The position numbers and the translations under genes are program-made. Under the pieces are notes generated by a model. It saw nothing but the letters and a program-made list of their open reading frames with translations. It made no database searches and had not been told where the DNA came from. 64,000 nucleotides of DNA, from positions 25,606,001 through 25,670,000 of the forward strand of contig NC_047028.1 of NCBI RefSeq assembly GCF_902652985.1, written 5' to 3'. Of the stretch, positions 52,901 to 64,000 are shown piece by piece. The stretch's first letter is position 1, and the number at the start of each line of letters is the position of its first letter. The stretch is from Pecten maximus (Eukaryota).

Positions 52901-55900
52901 CCTGTGAACGAAGTCAGACTAGGAAAACCACGAAGTTTTACCGACGTTAAATCTAAAAATATGCAGTAACCTATTACCAACCTCCAAAATTCAGCTTTTT
53001 ATCTAATCATTTAAATGTTGTGTCAATAAATAATCATTTTCATAACAAATGAAATCTAGCGCGTGATCCGCCTTTATGATTTGTATGTAAATGTAACATT
53101 CGGCCCTGTAGGTGGCCACCATCAAGACTTTTTTTCATTTGTTAGCCTTAATTAGAAATATTTCGATAACGTTGTTGCAACTATGTGCTTAGTGCTGAAA
53201 AGTAGTGTTTAAGCTGTGTATCACCTTTAAAGAGCAGAATTAAAAACATTGCTTTGTTATGACCGTACCTGTCCGCCATTGGACGTAGAAAATATTCTGT
53301 GCGTACCTCCGCATTGTCTGACATACCAAAGAAACCATAGCAACGAACATTCGTACGGTTCTGACGTCACATTTAGGTTAACGAATCCCGTTGTGAATCT
53401 TTTCACAGCACTACAAGAAAGCAGACTCGTTTATGCGACTATTTGTTGTAGTTCTGTTACTTTCAATATTTGGCTATAGAATGCTTCATGTATATTGCAA
53501 AAGCCATCAGTTCAGAGAAGATTCTTTCGTTAGCAAATAATATAATACAAATCTATATATGTATTATATTGTCGCTTCAACTCTATTGGAAATGATTTAA
53601 TATAACATTTATGTCACATAATGCAAATATAGGTTGTATAGAGAATCGCTTGTGTCGTTTGCAGAAGCATTCAGTTTACAAAAGACGCCATCGTGGCACT
53701 ACAGGAAGGTTCAACATTCAAAAAAAGCTGAGTCAATACATCCCCTGACTTCTAGTTGTATGCGCTGCTTTCAAGAATGAAAATATTTACTAGTTCTAAA
53801 TTGCAGAACTTCATAATGCCCATAGGCTGTTAATCAACACATTTACCCCTTTTATGTCATTTTAAATCATGCCAATATGATATAACAAAGACGAGATTGT
53901 GACGGACCGACATTCCTCAAGACGTAATTTGTCTACCCCTAAATATTTCAATATCTAGAAAAGAGTGAAAGCCACAATGTCTAACATGCAAGAACCGTAC
54001 GTCTTTAAATCATTTGGGTTTAAAGCAAAAAAGAAATATGCAATCATTACCGTTATGCTATCGACAACAATAGCCCAAGGATAACTTTCACCGAAGCAAT
54101 CTAAGTGACATTCCAAGTTCCTGACTTTTATCAATTTGCTTATTTTGATACAATTTATTGACTCAGTGCCACTCTTGACAGAGTGAACATCTAACTACAT
54201 AACATATGGTAAATACAAAACGTGAAATGCTGCGATAAAGATAGAGACTTACTCTGTCCATGCGTATTTATTGAGAAATTCCTGGACTGTCATATTGTCC
54301 CACTCCTCTGCGTGTGGGGAATTCCATGGCGCTGCCTCAGGTACCTACAGTAGAATGATTTATATGAATAAAACCTATCAAAACAAATTTTATACACAAC
54401 GATATCGATATTTTCTTCTTATGAACTAATTTGATAAACAAAGATATAATTCTTTCACGGGAAAACAATTGTATAGCAATATTAATATCCGGAATTACCT
54501 CACTTCCCATCTCATCTATCACACGGAAAACCTGGAGAAGATCCAAATGGGCGATGAAGCCTCCCATTGGCGGGAAAGAGCTTTTAAATCGCCTGCTGCT
54601 TCCCTTTCGAACCAAGAAATCACAACGTATGATAATCCTGAATAAACTGTTTACGGCACGGTGAGAGTTTGAACAAAGTAAAAAAGGCATTTCATCATTT
54701 ATTTTTGCAATATTTTTTCAAATATAAATCTTCGTTATATCACAGCTAAATAGAGAATATATGACGTGCTAATACAGTTACAGATATATTTTCCCTGGCA
54801 TATTTTTGTGACTATCTTCTTTCGTATTATTTTTCTTCAACATTGCTTTAAAAAACTGTAAATGTAGAAATCGGTCATTTGTTTACGAAATTTAATCTAA
54901 TTTACAAATTTGATGAAATCCAAACATATAAATATATAAATATTCAAAAACAGGATTGATATTAAACATTGTTAATAGATGAGAAGATCGAGGACAACGA
55001 CAAAACTAACCTTTCTGTAAATGACAAGATCTTCAACTTCATTAGTTAGGTAGGTCTTGACTCCGAATTCGTCCGCCATACGTAACAACAGGTTTTGTGT
55101 AGGACCAACATAGGCCCCTCCCACATCCACGTAATTAATGATGTCATTCTGAAAAAAATATTGCGAAAATTCATACATACAAAAATGAACATGTGAGTAT
55201 CTTTATAAATAAGCAATAATTGTATACTTGCATTGTATTGCTATTCTTTTCGATACATCTGCGACATACCCTCCAATACTGATTAATAAGCATTTGTTAG
55301 GAACCCATTAGTGTAAAATAAATGTTAATATTTTGATTCGCGCTCCATGATAACTATATCCTGCGGAGCAGTTCATGTTGGATCTGTCTCAAGAGCAACT
55401 CTATTCATCACCCAATGAAATCGACCAAAGCATTATTCAATCCTTGTTTTTCAGTTAACACGTGGTAAACACGATTATGCAGCATATCTACCAGTAAAAC
55501 AATAATAAAAATAGTATGATTTAATTAAAAAAAAAAAAAAAAAAATTGCGGTAGAATTTAAATTTGTTAATAAAAAGGCTTCGCCAGCTGCGCAGACGCA
55601 TCACTCTTATTAAAAATTTCATTTAAATTTATTTAAATTCTAATAATCTTGATTACACAATGCCTATCATGTAGATCCAAATATCTTACAGAACAGTCCC
55701 ATCCACTTCCTCCAAAGACCTGATAACCTCACGTGTATGTTATATATGACTCAAAACTATTCATACAGAATAAGATATCCCCTAATAGGCCTAACGTACG
55801 TATGAATTAGGTTACAGTACAGGTTCGGTAGAAGCGGGTGGTTTACTGTATGCATGTATTTGATGTCAATCTGGTGAAATTCATGGACAAATAAAAACAT

Positions 55901-58900
55901 TAAATTATTTTCATTGTGTCCAACTTGAGTGAAATTGAAATATTTGTCATTGAATAATATTTATATTTACAAAATATATATCAAGCGTATAAATGGACGA
56001 TATTGAGTTACAAATGATGAAGAATTTAACCTTCTTATGCCTTTATTCACGCAAAGTTAAATTGACAAAGGATGCCGAGCATCTTTTGTTAGTTTGGGTG
56101 AATACCGATAATCTGTTTTATCAGATAACCCGTTCTTGCAAATAAACACAGTTCAACGACAGAAGAATGATATCCAATACAATGACTAATACAATTAAGA
56201 CCAATAACCAGAAGTGTTAATCGATTGTGAGTAAGAATTACGTTTTTGCTGTTTACACGTCGATATTCGCTTGAGGAATACGAACGTGAAGTCATTAATG
56301 TCTTTTCAACAAGATTGGTTCATTGCGCACAGCATGCATTGAGAGTACAGGTTACAAACAAGCGCGTTAATCATGGCACGACAGGGGAAGACAGTTTAAA
56401 ATAAGACAGAGCTCTTCAACTGGATAAAATACGTGTCAGGCGCAGACTTTTACTTAGAATGATGCTCCGTTGTTATCGATTTCGACGCAGAAACGATAGA
56501 GCTCTTGTACCGACATATGCTTCTCCTATACGGCCGATTTCCGCTCCATGAAATGTGTGGAAGGTTTAGCCGCATCTTTCCCTGACAGGTACATAAATTG
56601 GAAAATACAGATTAATGTTTAGCAATAAACACGAAGTGTGTATAAACCGTTCAGACAGAATGTTCAACACAAGCGTTTGTGTGATAGCAGTTTCGAGGAT
56701 GCATCCACACTTTATATTCCCAACGTGTATAACAGTTTGTATTAATACGCGAACTTGGTACCACATGTAATTCATTCATCTTTATGATAATATGCTGCAT
56801 ACCAAAATAACTAATAAGAGCAACTAATGAAACGGTGAACGTGATTATAGTCATTATCACGTGATCAATCTAATAGATATATATATTAATATTATTCGAT
56901 CCTGGATTGATAAAGAGTCATCCATGAACCACGAGATAACTTTGCGATTTTAACCGACGCCTTAATTCAACAGTATTGTACGGTCCTTTTGTGATATGAG
57001 ACTGTAATGGATAATATTTGGTTGAGGTGTCTTTTCAGGTTCTTCATCTATTTTTAAAATGATTCCATTTTTATTGGCTGTAATTTTACTGTTTTATTTA
57101 AGATTTTGAGAAGATTATGCTATTCTAGAAACAATATACCCGTTCCATACTTACGTGTTTAGTATACGTCCGACCACCAACACGATCCCTTGCTTCCAGT
57201 ACCAAGACGTCCAATCCTTGTTCATGAAGAAGCTTTGCAGCCGCCAGACCTAGAAAAAAAATGGAATCAACATGTCAATGACATCTGACGACGGACAATG
57301 GAAGAATGAAATCCATTAATCATTCTTCAAATCGTTTTGTTAAATATTCTACATTCAAAAGAGCATTGTTGATATACACTAGTTGATATAGACTAGTTCT
57401 CAATTTAAATCATGTAACTCGTTATATTTTGTTTGTGTTTTGCTGTCGTGATATCGGTTGTGAGTTGAGTTGTTATGTCTGATCCTCTTTTGCTTTTGAT
57501 GATGCAACCTAACGCAGATTTGACCTAGATTTGCATTGCGGATGTCGTCGATGAAGCAGAAGAGGTTGGCCCTTACGAAGCACATGGTCGTATGCTTATT
57601 GTACATTTTCAAGTTCTGTTTTTTCATCGTTTTGTGGATTTGAGTAAGAATGACAGTTTAAAAGATAACGTTTAGAGACATTAATATAAGTATAGCGAAG
57701 CAATTATGTGTTCATTATGTATACCATTTGTTCCTTAATCGGTTTCGTACCAGAATCTGCTGTATTCATAATGGAACGCGCTGTATTAGCAAAACCGAGC
57801 CGATTCTGTAGATCGTTTTTCAAATGTACCACTTGGATCCAGGACGGCGGAACTGTGATTTCATTTGTCATGCAAATGCACTTTTTGTTAAAAAAACTGG
57901 ACTCAAACTCCATTTGTGATTTGATTTTATAAATAATATATATGTTTGAAGAAATTATTCAGGTATTGATTTTACCATTATGATGTAGAAAAAGGGGGGG
58001 TAATCGGTTTTATGTTTAAAGCGAGCGACTGCCGCCATCTTGGGAACTCGCTTGATATACATTTGCGTTCCATTATATGATACTGTACCTATTTGGTACA
58101 ACTGATACAAACACAATAAAGGAACACACGGATATTACAGGAATGAACGATAAGGCTCAACTACTTTGACTATTAACACATAAATACATGAAGTAATACG
58201 GAATTAAACACTTTCAGATTTGATTAAAAAAGTAATACACTTATTTCATTGAATCTTGTGATATATATATCGTTATAGATATCAAAAGAACTGTTATGGA
58301 TTTTAATAGGCTGACAAAGCAAAGCTTTTATTAATTTCCATATAGATGATCCGATCGTATTTAAAATACGTAGAATTTAGCAAAAAATGAAAGATAAACA
58401 GACATACTCTGTTACTAGCTTGTAACAATATTAAAACCTTGACACATATGAACATTTAGTGAATCCCACAGCTTATCTACCAGTCAGCAATTATCTTCAT
58501 TAGATGCAGTTCTATGACTTATTCAGTTTATCTGTTACTCTGTATATGCAAATATGCACAACCAGTTTGTCTGATAGACCTTTTAACAACGACTGTCTGT
58601 TCCATCCAGACAGGGGTACATGCAGACAACATCGGCTGTTATGATGTAATCCTAACAGCTATTGATGAAGTCACTATCCTCATTTCAGTATGAAGTGTTT
58701 TCCATAGATGGACCTAGACAGACAATTTCCTTTCGCTGGAAGCCTAGCTCACTTACCGACACCAAAACGTCAATAACATTGCCAGATATTGTCAATAGAT
58801 ATATTTTTAGAATTTAAAAACAATAATGCAAATTGATGGGGTAAATAGTAAACGAAACATCAACAAGAGAAATAAAATCAATATTAATTGTGTTTTTGCA

Positions 58901-61900
58901 TTTCGACATTTCAGTAAAAGGTGTACAGTACTGTAAATGAACGGAACGCAATTAGAGAAAGTGTGAGAGGAAATAGATCTACCGACACAGCGTACAAATC
59001 GATGTCAGTGCCTTGTGATGAAGTGATATCAGACCTCCAGACTTAACGAGACAGGCTTAATTAGTAGTTCACCACCAATAGATCAGGATTTAGATTACTT
59101 CTCAGTCGCGTCTCCACAAAACTCTTAAATATTAAAACACAATCATGTTGTTGTCAATATCCTACATTCCCCAACCCTCACGCCAAAGATTTCCCCCTAA
59201 TTTCGAGCTTTTCTGATTATTAGACCACGGAAACGGGCTTTCGCTACACATACGTTCGAATTGTTTATTTGATAACGATTTAAGGTGAATGAGTCACACA
59301 ATGTTAGATTGTATATACAGTATTTGGTAGTTTATTGGGTTATGTGTTTTAGATTACCTGGCAGCTTCTGCCTGTGAACGTCTGGATTTCTGTCCTGTCT
59401 GGCATTTCTTTTTCTTTCTTTTTTTTATTAAAGCGAATTGGTTCGCAAAAAATTATACATGCATTGTAGACGTCTTAGCAATATAATGGCAATTAAATAG
59501 ATGATGGAGACAATCAGGGACTAATTGATATTTTTTTTAGTCAGAGATGTCTTTGGAGACATCAGGCTATCCAGAGGTGTCTTTGTCGACACTAGACTAA
59601 CCAGAGGTGTCTTTGTCGACACCAGGCTAACCAAAGGTGTCTTTGTAGACACCAGGCTAACCAAAGGTGTCTTTGAAGACATAAAGCTACCCAGATGTGC
59701 CTTGGAGACATCAGGCTAATCGGAGGTGTCTTTGGAAACATCTTGCTTACCAGGTTGTCTTTTGGGGCATCAGGTTAACCAGAGTCGTCTTTTGAGACAC
59801 AGGGATACCAGAGGTGTCTTTCGAGACAGCAGACTAATCAGAGGTGTCTTTGTCGACACTAGACTAACCAGAGGTGTCTTTGTCGACACCAGGCTAACCA
59901 AATGTGTCTTTGGAGACATAAAGCTACCAGATGTGTCTTGGAGACATCAGGCTAATTAGATGTGTCTTTGGAGACACGAGGCTAACCGGAGGTGTCTTTG
60001 GAAACATCTGGCTAATCAGGATGTCTTTTAAGGCATCAGGCTAACTGGATGTGTCTTTGGAAACATCTGGCTAACCATGATGTCTTTTAAGGCATCAGGT
60101 TAACCAGATTCGTCTTTTGAGACACAAGGATACCAGAGGTGTCTTTCGAGACATCAGGCTAACGCGTGTATCAAAAAAGACAACAGACTAATCAGAGGTG
60201 TCTTTGGAGATACCAGGCTGACCAAGGTGTTTTTGTAGTCGCCCAGCTAATCAGAGGTGTCTTTAGAGATATCAGGCTAACGCGTGTATCACGAAAGACA
60301 ACAGACTAATCAGATGTCTCTAGTGAGACAAGTCTCATGTGTTTAGATATCACAAGAGGTTTACAATGAGGCATAATAGAAGGTGATTTGGGAGACCCGG
60401 TATAGCCAGTTGGTTCTAAGGAGTCCCTGCTATGACCAGAAACGACTATGTGGGGGCATCACACTAACCAGAAATGTCTCAAATGTCTCTGGAGTCACAG
60501 AGTTATCAATGGTTTTTCTTATAATCAACCTTTAAAATCTTAGAAAAAGAAGTTTGTAACCAGCCGAGCCAGCTTTAGATGTTATGTGACCATAGACAAC
60601 TAATATCGTTAAATTGCTATATCTTAACTTTGTCTGAAATTTAAGGTTCCTGTGGGAATGAAATGCTAGTCCCGCAAAAAAAGGTTAGCTTGCTATTGGT
60701 GATATGATCATCTTTGGATGATTGTGAGATTATATATCATAATAAGAGAAGTATAGCAATTTCACATTAATACAGATCCGTATATATAAAAAAATAAGTT
60801 CAACAACTTAAATTGGTGAGTCCAACCTACACGTAGGGTAGCAGATTTAAGCAATAAACTCACACATATAAGCTACAATAGAGGAACATTCTATTTAGAA
60901 AGTAACTGAATAATTAAAAAATATCTGCCTATCTACCGGGTTGTTCTAAGGCAGGCGAGCGGAGCTGTTATGTTAAACTAGCACTTGCATGGGATCTGCG
61001 ATAAATAATCATGTTTAGTTCAAAGTATGCCGCAGAACGTTTCTGACATGAGATTGGCACAAAAAATGCGTTCAGCTGCCGTTGTAGACACGTCAATGCA
61101 CAACATGTTTATATATACATATATCGACATTGAGTATGCTAAGAAATAATGCTGGTTTGGTCGAAGTGGACACCTGATGTTAGGCATAAATGTACATAAG
61201 ACATGATTAATGAAGCAAATGTGACAAATGTAGACACATGTAATTGTCATTTTTAGGATAATCGTTTCCCTTCAAGATATAGATATACGATTGCATTGTA
61301 AAGAACAGAAACAACAAAGGCAGATTTGCATAACAATAAAAAGGTTGCATGTAATATAGGAATTACTTCATCGATCATACACGCCATACATATTCATGTG
61401 TTAGCTGTATTATAGGAATTATATAACAAAAATACCCTCCAGGTTCCACACGATGTTAAACAAGAAGAAAATAGCAGCGAAAGGAGTCATTATAATGCAA
61501 CAATACATCCTCGCCAACTGTCACACAGTGCGGTATAGGACACTTTAAAACATCAAACTTCGATCGATGAACAATAACTCTCGCATCTGAATATGTTCAT
61601 AATAGTGCTGTGAACACAGAAATACCTTATCAGTGTTACTAAGAATGTTTGTTACGACAGCTTTCAGGAGAAATGCTACCTCTATTATCAATGATAAGCT
61701 GTTATGTGACAGCTGTGATGGATAAATATATGAGTCAATTTGCCATCAGCCTTGGTTTATAACAGGCATTTAATTATCGAAACTGATTATTAGTCTGTGT
61801 TGTGAAGATTTTATTGAATAGAGCGTGTGACTTAGAGTTGAATGGACATGAATTCTTATTGAGTCAAGTCTATAGCATAGAACTCACATGTTTAGTGTCG

Positions 61901-62679
61901 ATTTTCTCTGTTACCATTGATTAGTACATATCAACAAAATTGCAAAGTTATTTCAGTCTCAAGCACTCTTTTTCACTTTGAAGATATGAGGTATTTTGCA
62001 AATCTTGTAGACACACTAGGCAAGTAATAAGCTGATAGCAATCGCTATTCAGCACTTACATGTATCAAGCTACCCAACTCATATATACATATCTACTTGG
62101 AAAGCAGCATTTGCAAGCATACGTGTAAACATTAAATCTAAAAAACTAAACACTTTGCACTAGACTAAATATTTGATAAAATCAAAGCATGAAAAATATG
62201 TTCTTCTTTTTACTTAATAATTTTTTGAGTTATATTCAACATGCTATCCTACGTACGTACCTAGGTGATATTTCTTTTATCTAACAACTATTGCATCCGG
62301 TACCAAGGGTTTATGATAATATAATAATTCTATAAATGAAATCAACTGGACTTTTGAACGAAATGACCGCAAACTATGTAAATGTAAAGCAGGTGATTCT
62401 ACAACGGCGAAAATTGTTATGAAATCTGCCTAACCTTCAGTTAACATCGTAAAATCAGATATGAATGTAAATATCCTTAAGAATGCGTCTTCCCGGACAA
62501 GCTAAGATTTGGTAAAGGAAGTGAAATATTTGTTATATACATATATATATGAAAATAGATTATCGAACGGTTAGGATGCCAAAAATATGAAAATAACTTA
62601 GACATATTCTCAAGCATTCAAAATCCTTACCGCTCAAGCCAGCACCAATGACGATAACATCCCGCCTTTTGTCAGCCAT
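46915..62679 (-). CDS. MAO: Flavin-containing amine oxidase (monoamine oxidase A/B-like), 519 aa, 15 coding exons
   Basis: Exons 62679-62631, 57249-57155, 55148-55011, 54603-54499, 54344-54253, 53410-53269, 52387-52324, 51890-51802, 51252-51093, 50451-50355, 49901-49790, 49266-49169, 48465-48354, 47676-47614, 47058-46915; total 1560 nt. Motifs: [50 protein letters not shown] (covalent FAD Cys), [17 protein letters not shown], and a C-terminal hydrophobic tail anchor. Confidence 0.96.
55361..55445. mobile_element. Diverged right arm of the 13233 palindromic family (MAO intron)
   Basis: GCAGTTCAT..TGTCTCAAGAGCAACTCTATTCATCACCCAATGAAATCGACCAAA..ATTCAATCCTT matches 13315-13390. Confidence 0.7.
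59541..60320. repeat. 30-bp minisatellite (~26 copies) in the first coding intron of MAO
   Basis: Unit CCAGAGGTGTCTTTGTCGACACCAGGCTAA; period 30 (59571 to 59601), with re-duplicated variant blocks. Confidence 0.92.
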
Positions 62680-64000
62680 GTTGGATAGGTATCGTCTGCT
62701 AGTCGCAAAAATGAAAATACAAAAATATATTATTCATCAGTCGTGAAACCTTAAAAAATCTGGACGAAGATTTAACAGCGTTCAATGCATTGGCCCTGTA
62801 AATAGTGCTTGTGTAACACAATTATACACATGTGCGAACGCGGTCGATATATAAACAAACACGTTCACAGAACAGTTGGCTTATTCAGTAACGGGCAGTG
62901 CTGAACGCTAGCTAGCAGCACCAGCCGGTGTCCAAACCAATCTTTGAGAATTCACTAAGGGTTTACACATCCGTCGGCTGCCTTCACTGAGGAGACGTGT
63001 CTATGTAGTTCAACAAAAAAGACAATGCACGTGTGCTTGCTAACGAATACACAGCTAAATCTTTTCCTACTCCAGGATTATAAAACACAGAGGTCCCGTT
63101 CGTATCTATCACCTATCGATTATTCCGTGAATACTCCCATCACTCTCAGGCTATTAAGAGGGTCACCACAACGAAATCCCCATCAACTCTGCGCTTGAAC
63201 ATACATAATTTCGTCACGTGCTAAGATATGACCGTCTGCTCGCGAGCTCTCGCGCGCGCCGTAGCTGTAGAGTAACGAGAACGTTGCTAGGCATCTGCTT
63301 TAAGATGGTAATTTGTCTATCAAAATCATTGAAGTTTCAATAATTGATAAAGGTTTTATATTCACACAATACCGATAACATCTTAAAGAAGCAGCCTTAC
63401 CCTACTTTGTGTTCAGGCTACTGAGTGCGCGAATAACTTGCGGAAATATCGTTGTCGGTTGTTTTGTTAAAAATAGCGATCATCAAGGTCAGATCCCGGA
63501 ATGTTTCAACAGAGTGCTATGTACGTTTTGAATAATCGGGGAAAAAATCAAAAGTTGGGCATCACGCAAGTTAGATATATATTTAGTAGTAATAGCAGAC
63601 AGTCAGGGTTAACGTTCAGATTACTTGCTCTGTGCGCACGGCCTTGACCAGCCACTGTACACAAGAGGATTTCACATGATCAATACATCAATCAAGATAC
63701 CTCTATCGCCATTAATTAGTATTTGATATTCTTTGAGTAATTGACATTATATCGTTGTGTAAAAGAATCAATACTAGTTTTGATGACAAATGAATGGGGA
63801 TAATTCAAACACAAATGCTATCAGTACATCCTAATATTAAGATAAATACTTAAGCAATATCTGAATTCATCACTTAGATCTTAGACTTATTAAGAAGCCT
63901 CATGTTCTCAATGAGTCTGTCGTTGTTGCGTTTTTTTTAATCAGTTGACCAGTGATATACCGTATGTGACTTAGCGGGCTGAAGTTAGCAGCGGATTCGT

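Noticed and set aside
58752-58800. Possible duplicated MAO first exon (NVIDVLVS followed by GTAAGT)
   Set aside because: The phase-1 frame needed to join exon 2 contains a stop, and there is no GxG motif.
59525-59959. Repeat-protein ORFs ([10 protein letters not shown])n
   Set aside because: These are translations of the 30-bp minisatellite, frameshifted and antisense within a MAO intron.

Overview
AT-rich eukaryotic genomic DNA with short spliceosomal GT-AG exons. It is an invertebrate, most likely a bivalve mollusc; that assignment is inference from repeat style and gene content. Almost every ORF in the supplied track is spurious or only part of an exon. I rebuilt four multi-exon genes by hand, all with consistent splice phases. 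(1) + strand, 10551 (or 7072)..23186: a 336-aa protein with no signal peptide, an N-terminal PDZ domain, an acidic linker and a C-terminal three-fold pseudo-repeat that looks like an IL-1/FGF-type beta-trefoil. It has two homologous, apparently mutually exclusive 27-codon first coding exons. (2) - strand, 30473..26289: a 209-aa secreted protein with 12 Cys ending in -ILG. (3) - strand, 37183..34077: a divergent 241-aa MPDU1-like PQ-loop membrane protein. (4) - strand, 62679..46915: a complete 15-exon, 519-aa monoamine oxidase with mixed MAO-A/MAO-B gate residues. Repeats include a tRNA-derived SINE whose head is amplified 11 times, other SINEs, palindromic MITE-like elements, a DIRS/Ngaro relic, a mariner fragment, three minisatellites and a 138-N gap. 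The most interesting candidate is the PDZ + IL-1-like cytokine gene with duplicated first exons.
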